From Pseudomonadota bacterium (GTDB lineage Bacteria > Myxococcota > JACRCW01 > JAFGSX01), in the NCBI GenBank assembly GCA_043821645.1, contig JBDRCO010000132.1, forward strand, positions 1-64,000: 64,000 bases of DNA. The letters run 5' to 3'. The notes beneath the pieces are model-generated. The model saw only the letters and a program-made list of their open reading frames with translations. It was not told where the DNA came from and made no database searches. The translations under genes and the position numbers were made by a program. Shown in pieces: positions 28,720-37,827 of this stretch. Within the stretch, counting starts at the first letter, position 1, and every line of letters starts with the position of its first letter.

Positions 28720-29127
28720 TCAATTACAGCCATCCTGGAAGTGAATAAGACCACCCCGCGTGTGGTTTTGCCATACATCCTGCAAACCACCTGGTCCGGG
28801 GATCTGGCTTCTCACATCAGCCGTCCACTGGGTATTATTAATTCCAAAACAGCTGACGTTGACGATGTTGTATTGCGTGGTCGTGTACTCGATGCCGCCA
28901 ACGAGTCGGAGTTCCGCCGCGTCACATAGGAACATGTTGGTCTCGTTGTAGTAGGCCCACTCGGCCATGTAGATGCCCTTGAGCAGAGCCTTGGCCTCCG
29001 TCTGCTTGGTCTTGCAGATGAAACCCTTGTAGTTCGGAATGGCGATCGAGGCCAGGACGCCGACGATGGCCACCACGATCATGACCTCGATGAGCGTGAA
29101 GCCTGCGGAAGGTTTTTGAACGCGCAT
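28720..29127 (-). CDS. Second type IV pilin (PilA paralogue)
   Basis: SAG|FTLIEVMIVVAIVGVLASIAIPNY; ATG at 29127. Confidence 0.88.
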   Translation of the reverse strand: MRVQKPSAGFTLIEVMIVVAIVGVLASIAIPNYKGFICKTKQTEAKALLKGIYMAEWAYYNETNMFLCDAAELRLVGGIEYTTTQYNIVNVSCFGINNTQWTADVRSQIPGPGGLQDVWQNHTRGGLIHFQDGCN

Positions 29128-29249
29128 CACCGTTCTCCTAGCACGTGCTGTGCCCATCCGTGCGGCGCATGCACTCGCACACTGCGAAGTTTATACTGGA
29201 CCTGCCCATCGCGTCGAAACAATCTTGCGAGCTGCGGGATGGAGTACCT

Positions 29250-30242
29250 GTGTCCGGTCTTGCGACTCTTGACCTTGCCCTCCTTGAAAGGCTGATCGAG
29301 CTGACCCTGGCCAGCCTGGTCTTGCTGGCCGGCGCCTCGGTGGGCAGCTTCCTCAACGTCGTGGCGCACCGCCTACCGCAGAATCTCTCGGTGGTACGGC
29401 CACGCTCGCGCTGCCCCAGCTGCGAGAAATCCATCGCCTGGTACGACAACATCCCTGTGCTCAGTTTCCTCGTACTCGGCGGCCGGTGCCGTCACTGCAA
29501 GGCTCGCATCTCGTTCCAGTACCCCCTGATCGAGGCGCTGTGTGGCGTGCTGGCGCTGGCGCAGTGGTGGCTCCTGGGGCCGTCGGCCCAGTTCTTCGTG
29601 CAGGTGACCGTGATTGGCTTGCTGGTCGCCCTAGCCCTCATCGACGGCGCTCACTTCCTGCTCCCGGAATCCCTGACCGTGCCCCTGATCGCGGTGGCCC
29701 TGATCGGCAGGTTGATGGTGGCACTGGTCGACCAGCAGGCCGGGATGGCAGCAGCCCTGTCCCATGCCCTCGACGGTGTGCTCGGTGCCGCGCTCGGCGC
29801 GGGCTTGCTGGCGATCATCGCGTGGACAGGCACGCGCATCGCACGTCGAACCGGTCGCATCGACGAGGATCAGGACGCCATGGGCTGGGGCGACGTCATG
29901 CTCATCGCCGGCATAGGCGCTCACCTTGGCTCCCCGGCCGTGCTGGTGGTGCTGTTCCTGGCCTCGGTCCAGGGGGCCGTGATTGGCGCGGTACTGCTGA
30001 CGAGCCGACGAGGAGCGACGACCTCAGGACCAAGCTCCGACGAGGCGAGACAGGACGAGAGCGGAGCCGACGAGGCGACTCTCGCGAGTCCCGAGCCCGG
30101 AGACGACGAGGACGACTGGCAGCCTCCTGCGCATGCCATCCCCTTTGGCCCTTATCTGGCCCTCGGAGCCATCGAGTGGATGGTGCTCGAACGAACGCTC
30201 TCGGCGCAGTACGAGCGCATCCTCAGCTGGCTCATCCCCTGA
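29250..30242 (+). CDS. pilD: Prepilin peptidase / N-methyltransferase
   Basis: 'GSFLNVV..RLP', 'SRCPSC...WYDNIP..S...L.GRCRHC', 'ALID', 'MGWGD', 'IPFGPYL'. GTG start chosen after GGAG; start uncertain. Confidence 0.93.
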   Translation: MSGLATLDLALLERLIELTLASLVLLAGASVGSFLNVVAHRLPQNLSVVRPRSRCPSCEKSIAWYDNIPVLSFLVLGGRCRHCKARISFQYPLIEALCGVLALAQWWLLGPSAQFFVQVTVIGLLVALALIDGAHFLLPESLTVPLIAVALIGRLMVALVDQQAGMAAALSHALDGVLGAALGAGLLAIIAWTGTRIARRTGRIDEDQDAMGWGDVMLIAGIGAHLGSPAVLVVLFLASVQGAVIGAVLLTSRRGATTSGPSSDEARQDESGADEATLASPEPGDDEDDWQPPAHAIPFGPYLALGAIEWMVLERTLSAQYERILSWLIP

Positions 30243-30282
30243 TCTCGCTGAGGGGGCGAACCGACCACTCCTTTAAGAAACG

Positions 30283-31860
30283 CTAGCAACTCCCGTCGCT
30301 CACCATGCGCACGCTGTCCACAGGACTGACCAGGCTGGACGGCCACTCGATGTCCGCCACCTCCCAGAACTGATTGCAGGTCGTGAGCTGCCGGGTGTAC
30401 TCGGCGCGCAGACCGCCACGCACGAAGATCTTGACGTTGATGGTGGCCGGGATGCTGGCACTGTGCGGCGAGTAGTAGTGCACACCGACCCGATAGCGGC
30501 CGTTGTTTGGCCCCGACATGTTGATGTTCTCGGGTCCGTAGCCATCGGTGTCGTCGACATCCAGGTGGGGATTGGCATTGCCGCCACCCCAGTCCAGGCC
30601 GGTGGGCCCCTTGCAGTTGGAGTAGTAGCAGTCATCGGTGCGACTGAAGGCCGCCGCGCCATTGCGCACGAGGTGCAGATCGATGTCGGCGGACCCGTGA
30701 TCCCAGGACATCTGGATGTGCACATCCTCGCCCGGGACCGCGTTGAGAGTCACCCGTGCGTCGTTGGTGGACTGCAAGCCAGCCGAGTCGGTGACCACGA
30801 GGCGCACCACGAAGGTGCCCGCCACGTCGAGACCTCGACGGGTGATACCGGACGAGCTGAAGCTGAAGCCCGTATCCACACCGTTGGCGCTGGTGAGCAC
30901 CACGGTGCTCTCGGCGGGCTTGCTCACCATGGTCCACAGGTAGGTGGTGATGGTGCGGCCCACGGTCCCGGGCGTGGAGTCCGCGCCGGTGACCACCACG
31001 TCATCCAGAGGTGAGACCTGTAGCACCTCGCCAGAGACCTGCTGGCTGTTGATCGATGCGATGCGGGCGACGGCCGTGGGCACCTCGGCTCCGGTGCAGT
31101 CCAGCGGCACCACCGAATGCGGCGTGTCCGGATCGTTGGTGTCGAAGTACAGGCCGCCGACGTAGTTCTCTGCCGCAGTGGGCGTGCAGGCGATGCGCAC
31201 CGTGATGCCGGCCTGGCTCGGCAGGTAGTTCCCCACCACCACCACGCTGGCCGGTCGGTAGACGTTCTGGTCGGTGCCCGCCTCGAAGCCCACGCCCTCG
31301 ATCACCAGATCCAGCTGTCCCGCATTGCGCAGGGTGAGATCACAGAAGGCTGTGGCGCCCACGCCGACGTCACCGAAGTCGCACTGCGGTGGTTCTATCT
31401 GGACGTCGGGCTGCCCGAGATCGCGGCCGCTGCCGGTGAGCTTCACCTCGATGGGCTCGCTGGGCCCGACGTTGGCGGCGTCGCTGTAGATGCGCAGGGT
31501 CGCGCTGACGGGTGTCTCGACCTGAGGCGCGTAGGTGATGGTCAGGATCTGGCCGGCACTGCCACTGACGACCTGGGTCGGCAGGTTGGCCGGCAGCTTG
31601 AAGGCCGGGTCGCTGTCCTGGGTGAAGTCGATCTTCGAGATGATCAGGTCCAGGGACGACGGGTTGAGGATGGTGATGTCCAGCGGCCGGGAGTAGGAGA
31701 TGGGCACCTCGCCAAAATCCAGCGCGCAGTCGCTGATGAACTCGGGAGAGGCGCAGACATCGACCTGGATCTTGGGGGCCACCCGGATGATGTCGGGGTC
31801 CTCGCAATTGCACGCCGAGAAGCCGGTCAGAACCCCGAGAACAATGACTCGCCATTTCAT
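30283..31860 (-). CDS. Lipoprotein with two Ig-like (choice-of-anchor D type) domains, a PKD-like domain and a C-terminal 'DIDLHL...DVDD..GYGPENI' domain
   Basis: Lipobox 'FSAC'; repeated 'DFG.V...I/L.N' Ig units; 'G.F.V.L.VTDS.G'; YfaP-like C-terminus. Confidence 0.65.
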   Translation of the reverse strand: MKWRVIVLGVLTGFSACNCEDPDIIRVAPKIQVDVCASPEFISDCALDFGEVPISYSRPLDITILNPSSLDLIISKIDFTQDSDPAFKLPANLPTQVVSGSAGQILTITYAPQVETPVSATLRIYSDAANVGPSEPIEVKLTGSGRDLGQPDVQIEPPQCDFGDVGVGATAFCDLTLRNAGQLDLVIEGVGFEAGTDQNVYRPASVVVVGNYLPSQAGITVRIACTPTAAENYVGGLYFDTNDPDTPHSVVPLDCTGAEVPTAVARIASINSQQVSGEVLQVSPLDDVVVTGADSTPGTVGRTITTYLWTMVSKPAESTVVLTSANGVDTGFSFSSSGITRRGLDVAGTFVVRLVVTDSAGLQSTNDARVTLNAVPGEDVHIQMSWDHGSADIDLHLVRNGAAAFSRTDDCYYSNCKGPTGLDWGGGNANPHLDVDDTDGYGPENINMSGPNNGRYRVGVHYYSPHSASIPATINVKIFVRGGLRAEYTRQLTTCNQFWEVADIEWPSSLVSPVDSVRMVSDGSC

Positions 31861-32083
31861 TTCTGGACCTCCGAGACCGCACCAGATCGGCCCCGCATGC
31901 TACTGATCGTTATCGGCACCAGCAAGCGAAAGGTCGTCTTGATTGAATGTATGTATTTATATTCACTACACAATCCCACCTTCTCCTACATCAAAACCCG
32001 GCCTATGGCGCGGCGGGACGACGAGCGCTTGCCGCCAGCACCCGCACCGCCTACAACTGTTGTCGGCAGGAGGACGGACGGAC

Positions 32084-32500
32084 GTGCAATTCAGGGCCGA
32101 GAGCAGCTCACGACGGCGAACCGAACTCGCCATCGACATCACGGCCCTGGTGGACATCGTCTTCCAGCTCATCATCTTCTTCGTGCTCACCACCACCTTC
32201 GTGTCCAACCCGGGCATCGAGGTCGACCTCCCCCGCGCCAAGGCGCACGAGATCCAGCATGACAGCGACGAGATCGTGGTGGCGCTGACCACCGACGGAC
32301 AGATCATCCTGCACGGCAAGGCGGTGGACATGACCGAACTCGCCGAGGTGTTCGAAAATGCGGCCGCCAGTTCCAAGGGCACGACGGTGATCCTGCAGGC
32401 CGACCAGGACGTCGCCCACGGTCGCGTGGTGTCGGTGATGGATCTGGCCAAGGACAAGGGCCTGCAGCGCCTGGCCATCGCCACCCAGGCCGCGCAGTAG
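32084..32500 (+). CDS. exbD: Biopolymer transport protein ExbD/TolR
   Basis: 'IDITALVDIVFQLIIFFVLTT', 'LQAD..V.HG.VV.VMD'. Confidence 0.9.
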   Translation: MQFRAESSSRRRTELAIDITALVDIVFQLIIFFVLTTTFVSNPGIEVDLPRAKAHEIQHDSDEIVVALTTDGQIILHGKAVDMTELAEVFENAAASSKGTTVILQADQDVAHGRVVSVMDLAKDKGLQRLAIATQAAQ

Positions 32501-32603
32501 TCCAGGGCGTCTGCGGATTCAGGCTGGTGGCTTGTCGCGAGATCCTGGCTGTGCTAGCACACGACGAGGTGCTGGCGCTGTCGCAGCCCATCGCAGGAAG
32601 TGG

Positions 32604-32897
32604 ATGTCCAGACGCTGGGTCCTGGTTGCTTCGAGCATCCTTGCCGCATTGGTGGTCTCGGCCGCCTTCTTCGGCTCCAGCGGTCTGCGTCATTACCGGC
32701 GGCTGGTGGCCGAGGCGGAAACCCTGACCACCCAGAATCACCAGCTGAGCGAGGAGAACAGCACGCTGCGCGAGGAGATCCGCCGCCTCAAGGACGACCA
32801 GGCCTATCTCGAGAAGGTGGCCCGAGATCAACTGGGCCACGTACGACCGGGCGACTCCGTGTACCTCGTCGCCCCGGATGGCGCGCGGACAGAGTGA
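32604..32897 (+). CDS. ftsB: Septum formation initiator FtsB/DivIC
   Basis: Single TM, coiled coil, 'YLEKVARDQLG.V.PG'. Confidence 0.85.
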   Translation: MSRRWVLVASSILAALVVSAAFFGSSGLRHYRRLVAEAETLTTQNHQLSEENSTLREEIRRLKDDQAYLEKVARDQLGHVRPGDSVYLVAPDGARTE

Positions 32898-35128
32898 CGC
32901 ACCACGAACCTGCACCTGCCGACACCTTGCCCGGGCACGCGCCGTTGCCCCGGACGATGAGCACACCTCCACGCCCTCACGACGAACGCGCCCTGGCGCG
33001 GGATCACCAGGAACTGGCACAGCGTCCATCGCTGTTGCGACGTGCTCCCCTGCTGCCGGTGGATGGTCTGGTGCGCCTGGTCGACGCCACCGCGGTCCTG
33101 CTCGGGGCGCTGGCCCTGGTGCGCCAGGCGTCTGGAGGACCGCCGCGCTGGCTGCACATCGCGCTCTTCGCCAGCGTGCTGGCCGTCGTGCTCGAGCTTC
33201 TCGTGCGCCTGGACTGGCACCACCTGCGCGTGCGCTCGCGCAGTGATCGCCGCGACACCCTGGCTCTGCTGGTGGTGGCGACGGGGCTGGTGCTGTCGAC
33301 CCAGCTCACGGGCGGCGCCCTGAGCCCCATGGTGGGTCTGGTGCTGGCCGTCCCGGCCTTTGCCGGAGCAGCCCTGCCTTCGGCGCTCTCCGTCGTGGTG
33401 GCGGCCTCGACGGCGCTGCTGCTCGGTTCGCTGCCGCTGCTCCAGGACCTGCTGCTGTGGCCTCAGGCCGCGGGTCTGGGCGCCACGGCCCTGGCTTTCG
33501 GGGCGCTCTCCGGCCTGACCCTGCGCGGGAGCGTGATGCGGCAACGCGATCGGGCCGCCGCGGATGCAGAACTGAGAGTGCAGCGACTTCTCGACGACGC
33601 CCGGGCCTACAGGCTGACCGGGGGACGCGCCGAGAACCTCGAGGATGCCGAACGCAAGCGCGCCATCGCTGCGGTGCAAGCGGTGCGGGAGAGCCTGCAC
33701 CAGGTCCTGGAGCTGGCCCAGCGCGCGCTTCAACCACATGCCACCATGCTGTTCTGGCTCGATGACAGCGGGCGTCAGCTGCGCCTGCGCAGCTGGAGGT
33801 CGAGCTCGGATGCCCTGAGCCAGAAGCCTCTGGAGGCGCGGCGCGGTGCTCTCGGCTCGGTGGTCACCCGCGGTGCCTCGGTCAACCTGCAGGGACTCAA
33901 GGCCGAATTCGAGGGCATCACCTACTACGAGGGCTCCGTGCATCCCTGCTGCTTCCTCGGCGTGCCCGTGCTCGAGGGCGAGCACCTGCGAGGTGTCCTG
34001 GCAGTGGACAGGCTCGAGGAGAAGCCTTTTGGCCCCGGCGACGAAGCCTTGCTGACGACCCTGGCCCGCGAGGTGGTCCGCGCCAGCGAGGTCGAGCGCC
34101 TGTTCGACGTCATGGACCGCGATCGCCGCAGCCAGGAAGCCCTGCTGCGCCTGGCCGAGCAGCTCAACACCGCGCTGACCCTGGACGCCGCCCTCGATGC
34201 GCTGGTCGCAGGCGTGCTCGAGGTGAGCGATTGCGAGCTCGCGGCCGTGGTCCTGGTCGACGACGCCGGCCTGCAGGTGGTTCGCGCACGGGGGCCCGGG
34301 GTCCCCGCGACGCTCGAGGGCCGGAGGCTCGACGACGAAGGTTCGCTGGTCGCCAGTGCGGTGCGCACCCAGGCCTCCCTCCCGGCGCGGGGCGAGCTGG
34401 CAGGCAGCGGCCGTTCACGCCTGTTCGGTGGCGCACTGGACCCCGAGGGACTTCAGCGCGGCAAGGTCCTGCCCCTGCTGCACAAGGGCGAGTGTGTGGG
34501 AGCCCTGGTCCTGGCCACCCGGGCGCCGCAGGCCCTCGACGACGACACGCTGCGCCTGCTGCACGTGGCCGCGGGCTACGGCGCCATTGCGCTGATCAAC
34601 GGCCAGCTCTACGCACGCATGGAGCGCATGGCGACCCGCGACGGCCTGACCGGTCTCATCAATCACCGGAGCTTCCAGGAGCTGCTGGAACAGGCGCTGG
34701 CCCGCAGCGCACGCTTTGGCCAACCCCTGACGCTGCTACTGTCCGACATCGACCACTTCAAGCTGGTCAATGACACCTACGGCCATCCCGTCGGTGACGA
34801 GGTCCTGCGCCGCGTGGCCAAGGTGCTGCAGGGAGAGTCGAGGCAGACCGATCAGGTGGCGCGCTACGGTGGCGAGGAGTTCGCGGTGATCATGGAATCC
34901 ACCGATGCCCGGGGCGCGCTGCAGGTGGCCGAGCGCATCCGGCAAGCGGTGGCGGCGCAGGTGGTGGCCACCGATCGCGGACCGTTACAGGTGACGCTGT
35001 CCGGCGGACTGGCGACCTTCGCCGCGGATGCCACGGAGCGGGCCGCCTTGATCAAGGCCGCCGACGAGATGCTCTACCAGGCCAAGCACCAGGGCCGAAA
35101 CCGCTGCCTGCACAGACAGCGCCTGTGA
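32894..35128 (+). CDS. dmxA: Membrane diguanylate cyclase, TM-GAF-GAF-GGDEF (DmxA-like)
   Basis: TM region, two GAF-like domains, 'DIDHFK..ND..GH..GD', RQTD I-site and GGEEF; GTG overlaps the ftsB stop. Confidence 0.8.
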   Translation: MTHHEPAPADTLPGHAPLPRTMSTPPRPHDERALARDHQELAQRPSLLRRAPLLPVDGLVRLVDATAVLLGALALVRQASGGPPRWLHIALFASVLAVVLELLVRLDWHHLRVRSRSDRRDTLALLVVATGLVLSTQLTGGALSPMVGLVLAVPAFAGAALPSALSVVVAASTALLLGSLPLLQDLLLWPQAAGLGATALAFGALSGLTLRGSVMRQRDRAAADAELRVQRLLDDARAYRLTGGRAENLEDAERKRAIAAVQAVRESLHQVLELAQRALQPHATMLFWLDDSGRQLRLRSWRSSSDALSQKPLEARRGALGSVVTRGASVNLQGLKAEFEGITYYEGSVHPCCFLGVPVLEGEHLRGVLAVDRLEEKPFGPGDEALLTTLAREVVRASEVERLFDVMDRDRRSQEALLRLAEQLNTALTLDAALDALVAGVLEVSDCELAAVVLVDDAGLQVVRARGPGVPATLEGRRLDDEGSLVASAVRTQASLPARGELAGSGRSRLFGGALDPEGLQRGKVLPLLHKGECVGALVLATRAPQALDDDTLRLLHVAAGYGAIALINGQLYARMERMATRDGLTGLINHRSFQELLEQALARSARFGQPLTLLLSDIDHFKLVNDTYGHPVGDEVLRRVAKVLQGESRQTDQVARYGGEEFAVIMESTDARGALQVAERIRQAVAAQVVATDRGPLQVTLSGGLATFAADATERAALIKAADEMLYQAKHQGRNRCLHRQRL

Positions 35129-35152
35129 ACACACAGAGAGGGGACACTCCTG

Positions 35153-36475
35153 ATGACGACCAAGAAGAAGAAGCACTTCACACTCGACACCAACGTCCTG
35201 CTCCACGACCCGCGCGCGCTGTTCGCCTTCGAGGACAACACGGTGGTCATCCCCATCTATGTCATCGAGGAGATCGATAACTTCAAGAAGGACCTGTCGG
35301 AACTCGGGCGCAACGCGCGCCAGGTCGGGCGCTACCTCGATGCCCTGCGGGAGGAGGGCAGCCTGGCCGAGGGCGTCCATCTCGACGGTGGCGGCCTGCT
35401 GCGCGTGGCCTTCACCGGGCGCCAGCTGCCCAGCGAGCTGCGCATGGACCGGGGCATGGACTCCAAGATCCTGGCCGTGGCGCTGGACGAGCGGGACCAG
35501 CACCCCACCGAACAGGTGGTGTTCATCACCAAGGATACCAACCTGCGCATCCGCGCGGATGCCCTGGGCTTGAAGAGCGAGAACTACGACACCGAGCGCA
35601 CCGACGTCAGTGACCTGTACTCGGGCATGGCGGAGCTCGAGGTGGATGGCGCCGAGGTGGACGCCTTCTACGAGAAGGGCGGGCTGCAGCTCAAGGATCT
35701 GTACTACGCACCCAACGAGTTCATGGTGATTCGCGATCGCGGCAACGCCTCGCACACCGCCCTGGGGCGCATGGATCTGGAGCGCGAGCGCGTGGTGCCC
35801 CTGGCCCGCGCCCGCGAGGGAGTGTGGGGGATTCGCGCCCGCAACAAGGAGCAGGCCTTCGCCCTGGAACTCTTGCTCGACGACTCGATCAAGCTGGTGA
35901 CCCTGGTGGGCAAGGCCGGTACCGGCAAGACACTGCTGGCCATCGCCGCCGGACTGCAGAAGGTCACCGAGGAGAACACCTACCAGCGGCTGCTGGTGTC
36001 GCGCCCGATCTTCCCCCTGGGCAAGGACATTGGTTACCTGCCTGGCGACATCGAGGAGAAGCTGAATCCCTGGATGCAGCCCATCTTCGACAACGTCGAG
36101 TTCCTGATGAACCTGACCCAGAAGGAGAAGAAGTCCGGGCGTGGCTACCACGAGCTCATCGACCTGGGCATCTTGCAGATCGAGCCCCTGACCTACATCC
36201 GCGGCCGATCCATCCCCAATCAGTTCATGATCGTCGACGAGGCGCAGAACCTGACCCCGCACGAGGTCAAGACCATCATCACCCGTGCTGGCGACAACAC
36301 CAAGATCGTGCTCACCGGCGACCCCTACCAGATCGACCACCCGTACGTGGACTCGACCAACAATGGCCTGGTGCACATCGTCAACAAGTTCCGCGCCGAG
36401 AAGCTGGCTGGCCACATCACCCTGGCCAAGGGTGAGCGATCGGCCCTGGCCGAGCTGGCCGCGAATATCCTTTAG
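35153..36475 (+). CDS. PIN-PhoH family ATPase
   Basis: PIN 'LDTNVLLHDP'; 'GKAGTGKT', 'GYLPG', 'IRGRS', 'DEAQN'. Confidence 0.93.
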   Translation: MTTKKKKHFTLDTNVLLHDPRALFAFEDNTVVIPIYVIEEIDNFKKDLSELGRNARQVGRYLDALREEGSLAEGVHLDGGGLLRVAFTGRQLPSELRMDRGMDSKILAVALDERDQHPTEQVVFITKDTNLRIRADALGLKSENYDTERTDVSDLYSGMAELEVDGAEVDAFYEKGGLQLKDLYYAPNEFMVIRDRGNASHTALGRMDLERERVVPLARAREGVWGIRARNKEQAFALELLLDDSIKLVTLVGKAGTGKTLLAIAAGLQKVTEENTYQRLLVSRPIFPLGKDIGYLPGDIEEKLNPWMQPIFDNVEFLMNLTQKEKKSGRGYHELIDLGILQIEPLTYIRGRSIPNQFMIVDEAQNLTPHEVKTIITRAGDNTKIVLTGDPYQIDHPYVDSTNNGLVHIVNKFRAEKLAGHITLAKGERSALAELAANIL

Positions 36476-37827
36476 CGCGACGGGGGCGCGCCGCTTGCCC
36501 GGAGCGCGTCGAGGTCCGCGAAGGCGTCGCCACTGCGCTGCAGCGACCGGCGATACAGCAGGTTGTAGATCCCGAACAACAGCAGGCGCTCGACGCTGCC
36601 GCGGTTGCTGCGGTCGAGGGCGCGGCGGGCGATGGAGCTTGTGCGGTAAAAACGCTCGTCGGCGCGGCGACAGGCCACGCTCAGCGCGTCAGCGGTCAGG
36701 GAACCCGGAACGAAGGCGGCCCGGCCATAGCGATAGTCGGGGTGCGACCACCACTGGCCGTCGTAGAGCAAACGGCCCTGCTGCGCCAGTGTCCGGTACA
36801 GCGCCGTTCCGGGATAGGGCATGAGCAGGTTGAAGGCCGCCATGGCAAATCCGCTGTCGAGGGCGAAGTCCACCATCTCGGCGATGCTGGCCTCGGTATC
36901 TCCGTCGTGGCCCAGGGTGAAGGCAGCCCAGGTCTGTAACCCGGCCTGGCGCAGCCGGCACACCGCGCGCCGGTAGCCGTCCCAGCCGCGCAGGTTGTGA
37001 ACCTTGCCCATGGCGCGCAGCGCCTGAGGACGCAGCGTCTCGAAGCCAATGACCTGGCCGATGCAACCGCTGGCGACCATGGCGTCGAGCAGACCGGGAT
37101 GCTCGGCGATGTCGAGGCTGGCCTGGGACACCCAGCGAACACCCACAGGGCGCAAGGCCACGCACAACGCACGCAGCAAGGTCAGGTCCGCGGCGATGTT
37201 GTCGTCGACGAAGAACAGGGTGCTCAGGTCGTGGTGCTCGATCTCGCACACCACCTGTGCCACCGAGCGGTGATGGTGCTGACGTCCGAAGAACACGCTG
37301 GGCGCGCAGTACGCGCAGGCATTGCGGCAGCCACGCCCGAGCTGGATCAGTGACAGGGGGAGATAGGGCAGGCCACGACAGAGGTCACGCCGGGCCGCGG
37401 ACGGGGTTGCCCGCAGAGCCCTGGCGTCGTAGCAACGCTCGAGCTGTCCACGCCGGGCGTCGGCCACCACGCGCCGCCACACCGGCTCGGCGTCACCCAG
37501 CACCAGCGCGTCGGCATGGGCTCGCGCCTCGAGCGGCGCCAGCGTCGGATGCAGGCCTCCGAGCACCACGCGAACACCCGCTGCGCGATGCAGATCTGCG
37601 ATGGAATATGCCCGGGCCGCGGTGAAGGTCTCGACCGTGATCGCCACCAGATCGACCGCCAGCGGCGAGGTCACGGGATCGAAGCGATCATCCCGCAGCA
37701 CCACCTCGACATCGGGGGGCGTCAGAGCGGCCAGGACCATGGGACCCAGCGGTTCCATCTGGCTGCCGTCGAGGTCAAAGCCCGCGGCCAGGGGACCGAT
37801 GGCAGGCCGCACGAAGGCGATCTTCAC
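36472..37827 (-). CDS. B12-binding domain radical SAM protein
   Basis: 'VVLGGLHPT', 'GRGCRNACAYC', 'FFVDDN', 'PYPGT.LY'; GTG start overlaps the aat stop. Confidence 0.88.
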   Translation of the reverse strand: MKIAFVRPAIGPLAAGFDLDGSQMEPLGPMVLAALTPPDVEVVLRDDRFDPVTSPLAVDLVAITVETFTAARAYSIADLHRAAGVRVVLGGLHPTLAPLEARAHADALVLGDAEPVWRRVVADARRGQLERCYDARALRATPSAARRDLCRGLPYLPLSLIQLGRGCRNACAYCAPSVFFGRQHHHRSVAQVVCEIEHHDLSTLFFVDDNIAADLTLLRALCVALRPVGVRWVSQASLDIAEHPGLLDAMVASGCIGQVIGFETLRPQALRAMGKVHNLRGWDGYRRAVCRLRQAGLQTWAAFTLGHDGDTEASIAEMVDFALDSGFAMAAFNLLMPYPGTALYRTLAQQGRLLYDGQWWSHPDYRYGRAAFVPGSLTADALSVACRRADERFYRTSSIARRALDRSNRGSVERLLLFGIYNLLYRRSLQRSGDAFADLDALRASGAPPSR

